From Deltaproteobacteria bacterium (GTDB lineage Bacteria; Myxococcota_A; UBA796; SXON01), in contig CANFCK010000001.1 in NCBI GenBank assembly GCA_947445035.1, positions 50,044 through 114,043 on the forward strand: a DNA stretch of 64,000 nucleotides. Reading direction: 5' to 3'. This document shows, piece after piece, positions 45,120 through 54,950 of the stretch. The notes below the pieces were generated by a model that worked only from the letters and a program-made list of their open reading frames with translations, did no database searches and was not told where the DNA came from. Every line of letters begins with the position of its first letter. Positions within the stretch are counted from its first letter, which is position 1. The position numbers were made by a program, and so were the translations under genes.

Positions 45120-48014
45120 TTAGTCCCCACCCTCATCCAGCGCCGGCCGCACGCCGCGTTCATCGCGCACAAAACCCGCATTGGGCGAAGGTTCGATGGG
45201 CAAGATCGGCAACTGCACGTGCCCGTGCGCGGCGCGCTCGTCGCTCGCGGACAGGTGGACCTCGGCCTTGGGACGCGGCCTCGCTTCGGCCGGAGTCGGC
45301 GCTGCCGCCGCGTAGGCAGGCGCGACGGCTACCGCGGTTGCCTCAGCCGGACGCCGGCCGCCAAAGTAGATGATCTGCTTCCACGAGCGGCTGATCTCGT
45401 CGCCGAAGACCAACACGATGTCCCCTGGCGCGGCGCGGCCGAGCGCATGGTCGATGGCCTCCACCTCGGACTCGAACCGCACGATCTGCTCGCTGCGGAC
45501 GCCGTTCCGGAGCAGCTCCGCCTCCAACATGCCGGTGATCTCACCCTCGGCCCGGCCGCGACGGTCATCGTCGGCCTTGCACACGAAGATATCGAAGCTC
45601 GATGAGATACGACGGGCGATACCAAATACGTCCTCATCCCGACGATCGCCCGGGGCGCTCGCGACGATGATGCGTTTTCCTCCTGGGCGCAGCCCGTTGT
45701 CGGCGGCCAGGCGGTCCACCAAAGAGCACATCGCGTCGATGGCGGCCGGGTTGTGGCCGTAGTCGAGGATGACCTTGAAGCCGAGTTGTTCGTAGACGTT
45801 TCCGCGCCCGGGCGCCTGAAAGAACGTGGTGTCGAAGGTGCGCAGGCCGTGGCGGATGTCCTCCAAGCGCACATCCATCGACCACGCCATCGCGGCGGCA
45901 AACATCGCGTTCTGTACGTTGTGGAGCGCTTTGCCCTCCAGCGTGGCGGGGATCAGGTGGGTCCACAAAAGCGGCATGTGGGCACCGTTGTCGTAGATCG
46001 CGATCATCTGGCCGTTGAGGCCGGCTTCCAGCGCCACCGCGCGCCCGCCAGCGCGGATGTGTTCGCGCACCAGCGCATTGTCGGCGCGCATCGTCACCCA
46101 GCAGATCGTCTTGGCGACGGAAGTCTCCGCCATCCGGAGGCAGTGCGGATCGTCGGCGTTGAGCACGATAGTGTCGCGAGCCACTTCAATCGGGATGCGC
46201 TTGACCTCGGCAAGCTGCTCCAGGGTGTGGACGCCGCCGAGCCCAAGGTGATCGGCCGCGACGTTGAGACAAGCGGCGACGTCAGGATGGCGGTACCCCA
46301 GCCCGGCGCGGAGCAGCCCCCCACGGGCCGTCTCCAGAACCGCGACGGTGACGTGCGGATCGGTGAGCACCATGCGAGAAGCGACCGGGCCGGTCATGTC
46401 GCCAGAGACTGTCAGCCGGCCGTCGATGTACACGCCGTCCGTGGTCGTCATGCCCACCGTCTCGCCCCGGAGCTTGTGAATGTGGGCGAGCATGCGGGTG
46501 GTGGTCGTCTTGCCGTTGGTCCCGGTCACGGCCGCGATTGGAATGCGGCTTTTGCTGCCGGCGGGGAAGAGCATATCGAGCACCTTACCTGCCACATCCC
46601 TACTCTTTCCCTCACTCGGGTACACGTGCATGCGGAAGCCCGGCGCGGCGTTGACCTCGCAGATGCCGCCCCCCACATCCTTCCAGCTTCGCGAGATGTC
46701 AAGAGAAAGAAAATCGACGCCGCAGACGTCCAGGCCGACCGCGGCCGCACCGCGAATGGCCATTTCGCGGTTGTCGGGGTGGCAGACATCGGTCTGATCG
46801 ATGGCCGTTCCGCCCGTCGACAGGTTCGCCGTGCTGCGCAAATAGAAGCGCTCCCCGGGTGGGAGCACCGTCGCGACCGTGTGCCCGGACTTTTCCAAAA
46901 TCCGCATTGCCTGCTCGTCAAGCTCGATCCGCGTCAGCTCCTTCTCATGGCCGATGCCGCGGCGGGGGTCGCGGTTGACCGCCACTACCAGCGCGGTGAT
47001 GTCGCGCTCGCCGTCGCCGACGACGTGGCCGGGCACACGTTTGGAAACCGCGACAAGCTCGCCGTTGACGACCAGCATCCGGTGATCAAAACCCTGGATG
47101 AAGCTCTCGACCAGCACGGTGTTGGAGTGCTCGAACGCGCCAGCGAAGGCCACCCGAACCTGCTCGGGCGTGGTGAGCCCGATCGACACGCCACGCCCAT
47201 GGTTCGCGTCCAGCGGCTTGACGACGACGGGGTAGCCGATGCTGACGGCGGCCTCCACCGCGTCCTCCACCTCGGTCACCTGCTCCTGCTTCGGGACCGG
47301 GAGGCCGAGATCCCCGAGGATGCGATTGGTGAGTTCTTTGTCGCCCGCGATGTCCACGGCGATGTGCCGGGTGTCGCTGGTGATGGTGGCCTGGATGCGC
47401 TTCTGGCGGTGGCCATGCCCGAATTGTACGAGCGAACCTGAACTCAGGCGCACCCAAGGGATGTCTCGCGCCTCGGCCGCACGGACCAAGGAAGCAGTGC
47501 TCGGTCCAAACGCCCGGGTTTCAGCGCCGCGAATCAGGGCGTGCAGCTCGGTGACGAAGTCGAAAAGCGGGTCGGGCTCGGCGTTTCCACGAAGCGACTC
47601 GGGCAGAAGTGCGTGCAGCAGGCGCAACGCGAGCTGCCCCGCGCGCTCACCCACCCACGAATCCTCGTACTCGTAGACCATGGTGTACTGCCCTACGACA
47701 CCGTTCCCGCGGGTCTTTCCGAAGCTGACCCGGGCACCCGCGAGGTTCTGCAATTCGATGGCGACGTGCTCCATCACGTGCCCCATCCACGTGCCCCCGT
47801 CCTCACGCAGCCGGCGTACGAAGCCGCCGGCCTCCCCGAAAGAGCATCCGTGCTCGCCCAGCGACGGGACCGCCGAAAGCAGGCGGTCGACAAAACCGGG
47901 GATGGCGGCCGAAGGCGCGTCTTCCAACGGACCAAGCTCCAAGGTCATGCGGATGACCTTGAAGTTGGCGTAGAGGTTGGGTCCTACGTAGACGCGCTTG
48001 TCGAGTACCTGCAC
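45120..48014 (-). CDS. cphA: Cyanophycin synthetase
   Basis: The N-terminus MQVLDKRVYVGPNLYANFKVIRMTLELG is characteristic. It is followed by an ATP-grasp domain and a Mur-ligase-like domain (AVTGTNGKTTTTRM). About 90 extra C-terminal residues are Ala/Pro-rich. Confidence 0.93.
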   Translation of the reverse strand: MQVLDKRVYVGPNLYANFKVIRMTLELGPLEDAPSAAIPGFVDRLLSAVPSLGEHGCSFGEAGGFVRRLREDGGTWMGHVMEHVAIELQNLAGARVSFGKTRGNGVVGQYTMVYEYEDSWVGERAGQLALRLLHALLPESLRGNAEPDPLFDFVTELHALIRGAETRAFGPSTASLVRAAEARDIPWVRLSSGSLVQFGHGHRQKRIQATITSDTRHIAVDIAGDKELTNRILGDLGLPVPKQEQVTEVEDAVEAAVSIGYPVVVKPLDANHGRGVSIGLTTPEQVRVAFAGAFEHSNTVLVESFIQGFDHRMLVVNGELVAVSKRVPGHVVGDGERDITALVVAVNRDPRRGIGHEKELTRIELDEQAMRILEKSGHTVATVLPPGERFYLRSTANLSTGGTAIDQTDVCHPDNREMAIRGAAAVGLDVCGVDFLSLDISRSWKDVGGGICEVNAAPGFRMHVYPSEGKSRDVAGKVLDMLFPAGSKSRIPIAAVTGTNGKTTTTRMLAHIHKLRGETVGMTTTDGVYIDGRLTVSGDMTGPVASRMVLTDPHVTVAVLETARGGLLRAGLGYRHPDVAACLNVAADHLGLGGVHTLEQLAEVKRIPIEVARDTIVLNADDPHCLRMAETSVAKTICWVTMRADNALVREHIRAGGRAVALEAGLNGQMIAIYDNGAHMPLLWTHLIPATLEGKALHNVQNAMFAAAMAWSMDVRLEDIRHGLRTFDTTFFQAPGRGNVYEQLGFKVILDYGHNPAAIDAMCSLVDRLAADNGLRPGGKRIIVASAPGDRRDEDVFGIARRISSSFDIFVCKADDDRRGRAEGEITGMLEAELLRNGVRSEQIVRFESEVEAIDHALGRAAPGDIVLVFGDEISRSWKQIIYFGGRRPAEATAVAVAPAYAAAAPTPAEARPRPKAEVHLSASDERAAHGHVQLPILPIEPSPNAGFVRDERGVRPALDEGGD

Positions 48015-48032
48015 GAAACCCCCCGAAGGGGG

Positions 48033-48746
48033 TCAGTTAACAATGTAGTTGTAGTCCACGCGGGTGGTGCCGCCGGGGCAGGTGACCGCCGCCGGCGCGC
48101 TGTTCACACCATCAACCTTGTATTGCCAGCTGACCTGATCGTACTGGGTGCCGCCATGGGTCTGTTTGACCCTGGGCCAGTGGAAAGTGCCGTCGTAACA
48201 ACAGGTTTCGAGGTGGCGGACCTTGCCGTTGCCGTTGGCGGTCGGCCGCACGAAGACGTCGGCGTTTCCGGTGCTCGCCGTCCCTCCTACCGTCTGGTGC
48301 GCGGTGACGTGGTAAAGGCCGGGCTGCAAGCTCAAGATCGGGTTGGCGTTGACCTGGGCGGTCCACGGACCGGCGCCCACCACCGCCGGGCAGTTCGTGC
48401 CGTTGGTGCACAGCGCGACATTAAACGTGTTCTTGGTGCTGCCAGCAAGCCAACCCGGCGTCCCGGCGGCACAGTTCGTGGAGCCGCCGTAGGTGTCCTT
48501 CACCGGCAGGAAAAGCCAGTCCGACGTCACGACCGGGCTGGTGGAGATGACGCGCGGCCAACTGAACGACGGCGAGCCGCAGACGGTCTCGACCTCCGTT
48601 CCGCTCGGCGCGATCCCGGCGCCGGTGGAACCGACCGAGAAGACGACCGCCACGTTGTTCCCGGTGGAGTCGCGACCGAAGACGCCGTACTCACCTTCGT
48701 GCATCTCGGCGTCGGCGGGGTTGGCGAGGAAAATCAGGGTAAACAT
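48033..48746 (-). CDS. Hypothetical Cys-rich, Asn/Thr/Gly-rich protein
   Basis: 237 aa with a GGAG motif upstream of the ATG. Codon usage is visibly less GC-biased than in neighbours (many AAC/TAC/GTT/ACC codons). It has 9 Cys, including a CC pair. No family recognised. Confidence 0.65.
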   Translation of the reverse strand: MFTLIFLANPADAEMHEGEYGVFGRDSTGNNVAVVFSVGSTGAGIAPSGTEVETVCGSPSFSWPRVISTSPVVTSDWLFLPVKDTYGGSTNCAAGTPGWLAGSTKNTFNVALCTNGTNCPAVVGAGPWTAQVNANPILSLQPGLYHVTAHQTVGGTASTGNADVFVRPTANGNGKVRHLETCCYDGTFHWPRVKQTHGGTQYDQVSWQYKVDGVNSAPAAVTCPGGTTRVDYNYIVN

Positions 48747-48770
48747 GAGGAGGCTCCTAGGTGCGCAACT

Positions 48771-51693
48771 TTACCAGGGTGGGCGCCCCGCGAATACTCG
48801 GGCGCACTCATCCGGGGAGAGGATTTCGAGACGCGTCGAGCCGGGCAGGTCGAGTTCGCGCGGACCGACGCGGTCACGCCAGAGACCGCGCGTCTCGGGC
48901 CGGGCGTAGGCCATCAGCGCGCAGACTTGAAGGCGATGGCGCGGGTGTGCGCTGCTCAGGGCCCCGGCGACGGCTTCGGGATCGACGTCGGTCGCCCCAA
49001 GCGCCAACCGGCAGGCCTGAACGAAAGCGATCAAGTCCGCGCGCTGGGAGTTCGAGCCCGCGGCCTCGTCCGCCCACGCCAACGCCAACGGGTCCCCTCC
49101 GCGCCAGGCCTGCGCCGCCGCGGTCAGACAAAGAGTGAGGTGCCGGTTGTCGTTGCTGACCGCGCGGGAGGCGGCCATCACCTCATCGTCAAGCTCGACC
49201 ACGTCGCCGCCCCGGTACCGGGCGACCAACCAGTAGGTGAACCCGAGCGCCTCGGCGCGGGCCAGCCGCAGGGTCCTCCCCAACGCCTCCAACTCGGCGG
49301 CGGCCACCGCCGCTGCCTCGAAGTCGAAACAATCCAAAAGAGCCGCCGCGAGGTTTCCGAGGGCGATGGTCCGGGCGGCCGGATGTGTCGATGTCGCGAC
49401 TGCATCCTGGTGGTGTCGGACGGCGTCGCGGTACCGTCCCTGTTCGTACGCGCGCTGGCCTCGCCACGTCTGGATTCGACTTCGCCGCTGCGGCCGCGTT
49501 GATGACGGCCTCCGGGTCGGCCAGCCCCAGCCGGACTGCCGCGCGCACCAGGAGCGCCCGCCGCCAGAACTCGAGCTCATCGGCGAAGGGCGAACACCGT
49601 TCGACGGCGGCGGCGGCCTCGCGGAGGTCGCCGGCCAAGGCGCGGGCGTACGCGCGGACCAACTGAAGGGCGTGGGCCGACGTGCCAGGCGGGAGGCGGG
49701 AGATCGCGCTTTCCGTCGCCGCAATGGTGCGCGCCGTCCCGTCCGTCAGCGCCGCGCGCACCAGCAGCGACACCCCAGTGGCCACCAGCGCCGCAGGCGT
49801 GTCCTGCCCGGCGCGACCCAGAATCGGCAACATCGCCGCGACCGCATGCGCCGCGCGGCCCTCCCCGAGGAGCCTTTCCCCCCACGCCGCCGCACACATC
49901 AGCGCTTCGGGCACGTCACCCGCGGCGGAGAGCTGCTGGAGCCGAGCCGCGCTGTCCGCGGGGAAAACCGAGGCCAGGCGCCGGTGTACGTCGACCAGAC
50001 GCTCTTCCGGCCAGGAGAACATGTCCGCGGGAGACACCCGGGCCCGCCAGCTGCCCTCCCGGTCCAAAACGGCGACCCCAGCCTTCGCGAGCTCGCCGAG
50101 ACCGACCTCCACCTCCCAGTCCGGCACGCCCATGGCCGTGGCGAGCATTTCCGCGGTGGCGTTGTCGGCCAGCACCACCCACGCGAGGAGCTCTTCGCCG
50201 CTCGCGTCGGAGAGGCGACGGGCTTCATTCTGGGTTTGATCGCCCAGAAAGCGCCCGCCCTCCAGCTGATCGATGGCGTCGCGATCGAGAAAGAACTTGT
50301 CCCCCTCGCGGGTGGCGAGTCCGGCCAGCGTCCACGCGTCAAGCTCTGCCGCGACCTGCACCGCGTTGCCGCCGGTTCGATGGGCCAGGAGTTTGGAGGC
50401 GTCTTCGCGGACGTGAAAGAACAGGTTGAAGCCACCAAACCAGCCCCGCAGCGCGTCGGGGGAAAACAGCGCCAACCGAAGCGAGGCAGTCGGTTCACCC
50501 AACACGACGAAGTGGCCACAGCCCCGCAGGCGCTCGACGACCTTCCGCGACCAAGGATCCAGCTGATCTTTCGCGTCGACGATGACCGTCGCCCCGGCGG
50601 CCAGGAGTCCGCGCAGCGCTTCCTCCACGCCCGAGGGACCGCCAGCCATGACCTCGTCGGGCACCAGCGCCCGGACAGAGCTGAGCGGCCGAGCGCCGGC
50701 ACGGGTCATCAGCGCAGCTCGGCCGGCAGCGACGAGGCGGACGGCAAGCTCCCGAGCGAACCGGGTGCGTCCGACACCAGACTCGGCGGCAATGTGGACG
50801 TCCCGACCCGCCATCGCCTCGGCGACGACATGGGAGAGCAGATCGTGCACGGCGAGCAGCGGCAGCGGGTCACGGACCTCGGGGGTGCCGCCTTCCGCCA
50901 GGAGCATCCGTCGCGTCTCGGCCGCACTAGCCGGCCGCTCCCCAGGCATCGGGGCCAAGAGCGCCTGGATCACCCGCGCGACCCCCGCGGGCACGTCGGA
51001 TGCGGTGTCGGCCAAGGGCGGCACGATGATCGTGTGCGCAGTGGTGAGCCGGCTGCCCATCGACACCGCATCCATCGGCCCCGTTCCCGCCAGGGCGTCG
51101 TAGAGCATCACGCCCAGCGCGAAGAGGTCGGCGCGGGGATCGACGCGACGGCCGAGGAACTGTTCCGGGGCGAGGTAGCGAGGCGTGCCGATGAGCGCCC
51201 CGTCGCGGGTGACCGAGCTGTCCCCGGGGGTCCCGCGCGCGAGGCCGAAGTCGAGCAGCACCACCCGACCCGCACGATCCACCATGATGTTGGCCGGCTT
51301 CAGGTCGCGGTGGATGATGCCGGTCGCGTGTACGTTCGCCAGAATCTCCAAGAGCCGGAGGGTCGGTTCGCGAAGCTCGAGCCAGCTCAGCCGTCCCGAT
51401 GCGCCGGGAAACGGCGTCCCGTCCAGGAGCTCCATCACGATGTAGGGCTCGCCGAGGTGTTCGCCCTCGTCAATCAGCTGGACGACGCCCGAGATGCGAA
51501 GCGTCTGCAACGCGGCGATCTCACGACGAAAGCGGGCCCGATGGGCGCTGGAGGTGGTGCGCACGAGCTTGAGTGCGGCCTGACCTCCGCGAACGCGGTC
51601 GGTCACCCGCCAGACGCGGCCACCGCCGCCGGTGCCGATGAGCTCATTCAGCTCCCACCGGCCATCAATCACCTGCTCACTCACAGCGCCCAA
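48771..51693 (-). pseudogene. Ser/Thr protein kinase fused to an NTPase-like and TPR/helical-repeat region, interrupted by an apparent frameshift near 49,466-49,500
   Basis: Frame A (ORF 49189..51693) has GTGGGGRVW, ALK, HRDLKPANIM, DFGLA and a P-loop-like ESGVGRTRF, and makes sense up to ...AAAAAKSNPD. Sensible sequence then continues in a different frame (ORF 48771..49724) from WRGQRAYEQGRYRDAV... to the stop. Confidence 0.7.
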
Positions 51694-51725
51694 CCTCGTC
51701 CCCGGGCCGTATCGCAGTGCGATAG

Positions 51726-52097
51726 GGACCGAGACTGACCGAGCCCCTCCGACGTGAACTCGCCTCTCCAGTCGGTCCGCACCTTGCGGTTCTCGATGAC
51801 GATGGCGCGCTCGTCGAGCTCGGCCGCGCTCGGGTCGAGGTCCACGGTCACCCGCGCATGCATCCCACCTTCGACCTGCTGGCGTCGGAGTTGCAGCGGT
51901 ATTGGGCTGGGGATGCGGTCCGGTTCACGGTGCCAGTGAACCCGCCAGGCTCGGGGCAGGCCAACGGCGCCAATCCGGTGGCGATCGTCATTCCTTGCCA
52001 TCGCGTCATCGGAAAAGACGGGAGCCTCGTCGGGTACGCCGGTGGGCTCGACATGAAGCGGGCCCTTTTGCGCGTGGAGCGCTGGCTGTTTCTATGA
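51726..52097 (+). pseudogene. ogt: Methylated-DNA-protein-cysteine methyltransferase (Ogt-like) with an in-frame internal deletion and no canonical start for the N-domain
   Basis: The open frame reads ...SPVGPHLAVLDDDGALVEL...LQRYWAGDAVRFTVPVNPPGS|GQANGANPVAIVIPCHRVIGKDGSLVGYAGG. About 37 aa (the helix-turn-helix, TPFQ..VW..IP.G...SY..LA..G.P.AARAV) are missing relative to E. coli Ogt as I recall it. The only ATG/GTG/TTG is at 51858. Confidence 0.65.
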
Positions 52098-52328
52098 CGC
52101 CGGGGCCATGGCCCGCTCGATCATCCGGTCGAACTCCCGCGCCACCTCCTCGGGAACCTGCTGCTCGGCCAGTTCGACGCTCAGGGCCAGGGTCACGTCG
52201 TAGGTAGACAAGAGCGCCCGACAACAGGGGCACATCCACGCATGGAACAGGAGCGACGCCCGCGCCGCCACCGGAAGCTCCCCGGCCCGGTACACCCCGA
52301 CGCGGTCCGCGAGTTCTCGACAGGTCAT
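52092..52328 (-). CDS. Anti-sigma factor (zf-HC2 type), short
   Basis: MTCRELADRVGVYRAGELP...HAWMCPCCRAL matches the Cx(n)HxxxCxxC zinc motif. The ATG overlaps the ECF sigma stop (ATGA). Confidence 0.7.
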   Translation of the reverse strand: MTCRELADRVGVYRAGELPVAARASLLFHAWMCPCCRALLSTYDVTLALSVELAEQQVPEEVAREFDRMIERAMAPAS

Positions 52329-52936
52329 CGTGCCCCCTTCAGTTCGATTGCGAGCCACTCGCGGAGCTGCAACCGTGTGCGGTGCAGTCGCGTCTTCACA
52401 TTGGCGACGTGCAGCCCGGCGATCGCCGAAATCTCCTGCATGGACAGCTGCTCGACGTCGGCCAGCGCCCACAGCTCCCTAGCGTCCTCCGGCAGCCGTT
52501 CGACGAGGGTGGCGAGGCGTTGCGCCATCCGCGCCCGCTCCAGCGCGTCGTCGGCCCGTGGCCAACGGGTGTGGCGCTCCAGGCGGTGGCCGCCATCGTC
52601 GTACCAGGCGTCGATGTCGTCCATCGCCTCAGCCGGCTTCCGCCGACGGCTACGGAGCCGCATCCGCGCGTGATTGAGCGCGATCTGCCCCAGCCACGCG
52701 CCAAGTGCAGTGTCGTCCTGCAGCTGCTCGATGCTGCGCCACGCGCTGGTGAGGGTGTCCTGGAGGATGTCCAGGGCCTCCTGCCGCTCGCGAGTCACCG
52801 ACCAAGCGATGCCGTAAAGCCGGTCCCGATGGGCATGACACAGCTCGGTGAACGCGGCACGATCGCGCGAGCGGAGGCGTTGCACCAGCGGGAGGCTCAC
52901 CCCCGTTGCGTAGCGTTCCGAGCGCGGCAAGGCCAT
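52325..52936 (-). CDS. ECF-family RNA polymerase sigma factor
   Basis: Region 2 is FTELCHAHRDRLYGIAWSVT...EALDILQDT. Region 4 is LPEDARELWALADVEQLSMQEISAIAGLHVANVKTRLHRTR. Confidence 0.88.
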   Translation of the reverse strand: MALPRSERYATGVSLPLVQRLRSRDRAAFTELCHAHRDRLYGIAWSVTRERQEALDILQDTLTSAWRSIEQLQDDTALGAWLGQIALNHARMRLRSRRRKPAEAMDDIDAWYDDGGHRLERHTRWPRADDALERARMAQRLATLVERLPEDARELWALADVEQLSMQEISAIAGLHVANVKTRLHRTRLQLREWLAIELKGAR

Positions 52937-53034
52937 GACCACGGGCCTACGATGCCGCAAAGCGAAAAAAGTTCTGCTGTTGGCTTGTCAAGAGGACCGC
53001 AATCCTGTATCCAACGGGTTGCAGGCTCACCTCC

Positions 53035-53745
53035 ATGCTGCGCTACGCCCGAATCACCGCTGCCATCGTCGGCACCCTCGCGCTCCTCGGCGCGGTGGGG
53101 TGGCTGGCCGTCGGCTCGCCGTGGCTCCGGTACCAGCGCCTGGACATCGTCGGCAACGATCGCGCCGACGGCGTGCAGCTTCGGCACCTGGCGCGGCTCC
53201 CGGAGGGCGAAGCGCTGGTTTTGCTGGACCTGCGCGGCGCGCTCGCCGGTGTTGAACGGCACCCGTGGGTCAAGCGCGCGACGGCCAGCCGCCGCTTCCC
53301 AAATGCCGTGGTCATCGAGGTCGTAGAGCGTACGCCCGTGGCGCTGGTCCAGCTCGAAGGGCTCTACCTCGTCGACGAGGAAGGCACGCTCTTTGCGCGC
53401 GCCAGCGGCGGTGATCTAGACCATCCGATCCTCTCTGGACTCGATCCCGCCTTGCTCACCGCGCAGCCCGAGCTCTCCCGGCGGTTGGTGCGGGCGGGCC
53501 TGGATTGGCTGGCCGCGGCGCAGGCCCAGGGCGGCTTGGCGGAAGCCGATATCTCCGCGCTGCACTTCGACGCAAAGACGGGGTACACCCTGTATCTTCG
53601 CAACGGTGGCGAGGTTCTTGTCGGCTTCACCGGCAACGAACGAGTCGCTCGCCTCAGCATGCTGACCGCCCGCGGTCTCGACCTGCGCACCCCCCATCGC
53701 GTAGACCTCGCCTCCGACCGCGTCGCGGTCGTCACTCCCCTGTAG
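53035..53745 (+). CDS. ftsQ: Cell division protein FtsQ
   Basis: An N-terminal TM helix, then a POTRA domain ([31 protein letters not shown]...[28 protein letters not shown]) and an FtsQ-type C-domain. Confidence 0.85.
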   Translation: MLRYARITAAIVGTLALLGAVGWLAVGSPWLRYQRLDIVGNDRADGVQLRHLARLPEGEALVLLDLRGALAGVERHPWVKRATASRRFPNAVVIEVVERTPVALVQLEGLYLVDEEGTLFARASGGDLDHPILSGLDPALLTAQPELSRRLVRAGLDWLAAAQAQGGLAEADISALHFDAKTGYTLYLRNGGEVLVGFTGNERVARLSMLTARGLDLRTPHRVDLASDRVAVVTPL

Positions 53746-53795
53746 TTTCCCCCGCTTCTCCCTCCGTCTCTCTCTCCCCGCTCTCCCTCCCCGGC

Positions 53796-54950
53796 ATGCA
53801 GGCCGGACAAATCCCCGCAGAGGTTGCCATGATCGACATTGTTGAAAACGAACTCGTAGGCGCGCGCATCAAGGTGGTCGGCGTCGGCGGCGGCGGCGGC
53901 AACGCCGTCAACCACATGGTCCGGGCCGGGCTTCACGGCGTGGAGTTCATCGCGATGAACACCGATGCCCAGGACCTCAAGCGCTCGCTGGCGCCCCGTC
54001 GCTTCCAGCTTGGCGCCCAGCTCACCAAGGGCCTTGGCGCCGGTGCCGACCCCGAAGTGGGCCGTGAAGGCGCGCTCGAAGATCGGGACCGGATCGCCGA
54101 GCTGCTCGCGGGCGCCGACATGGTCTTTGTCACCGCCGGCATGGGCGGCGGCACCGGCACCGGCGCCGCACCCGTCGTCTGCGAGGTCGCCCGCGAGCTC
54201 GGCGCCCTCACCGTCGCCGTCATCACCCGCCCCTTCGCCTTCGAAGGCCGTCGGCGCCGTCGCCAGGCCGAAGAGGGCATGGAAGCCATGATGCAGCACG
54301 TCGACACGCTCATCAGCATCCCCAACCAGCGCCTCCTCGCGATGAGCACCGAGCGCACCCTGATGACCGAAGCGTTCGGCATGGCCGACGACGTCCTGTT
54401 CCAGGCGGTCAAGGGCATCAGCGACCTCATCAATGACCAGGGTGTCATCAACGTCGACTTCGCCGACGTGCGCACCATCATGGCCAACAAGGGTCGGGCG
54501 CTGATGGGCGTCGGCAAAGGCTCCGGCCAGCACCGCGCGGTCGATGCGGCGCAACGCGCGATCAGCTCGCCGTTGCTCGACGATCTCAGTATTTCAGGGG
54601 CGACCAGCGTGCTTCTGAACTTCACCGGCGGGCCGAGCCTGTCGCTCTACGAAGTCAACGAGGCCGCACAGATGGTCGCGGAAGAGACCGCCGAAGACGA
54701 AAACGTCATCTTCGGGCTGGTCATCGACGAGACCATGGGCGACGAGGTCCGTGTGACCGTGGTCGCGACGGGATTCCAGGAAGCCCGCCAGCGCGGCGCG
54801 CCCCCGATCCCCGCCGAAGTGCGCATCGCCAAGGCCGTCAACGCCAACACCTCGCCGTCTCGCGGCGGCGGCCGCGGCATGAGCAGCGGCTTTGACACCT
54901 TGCGCAGCGAAGACTACGACATCCCGACGTTCTTCCGCGGAAGGGACTGA
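53796..54950 (+). CDS. ftsZ: Cell division protein FtsZ
   Basis: [33 protein letters not shown] and the tubulin signature [13 protein letters not shown] are present, with a C-terminal DIPTFFR tail. The start is either the ATG 53796 or the ATG 53829. Confidence 0.96.
   Translation: MQAGQIPAEVAMIDIVENELVGARIKVVGVGGGGGNAVNHMVRAGLHGVEFIAMNTDAQDLKRSLAPRRFQLGAQLTKGLGAGADPEVGREGALEDRDRIAELLAGADMVFVTAGMGGGTGTGAAPVVCEVARELGALTVAVITRPFAFEGRRRRRQAEEGMEAMMQHVDTLISIPNQRLLAMSTERTLMTEAFGMADDVLFQAVKGISDLINDQGVINVDFADVRTIMANKGRALMGVGKGSGQHRAVDAAQRAISSPLLDDLSISGATSVLLNFTGGPSLSLYEVNEAAQMVAEETAEDENVIFGLVIDETMGDEVRVTVVATGFQEARQRGAPPIPAEVRIAKAVNANTSPSRGGGRGMSSGFDTLRSEDYDIPTFFRGRD

Noticed and set aside
49237-51738. 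An 833-aa plus-strand ORF opposite the kinase gene. The same applies to 62343..63911 (minus) opposite the MYXO-CTERM protein, 45753..47441 and 47541..49502 opposite cphA, and 13515..15080 opposite the S8 protease.
   Set aside because: Same reasoning: no motifs, Arg/Gly-rich composition, and each is antisense to a well-supported gene.
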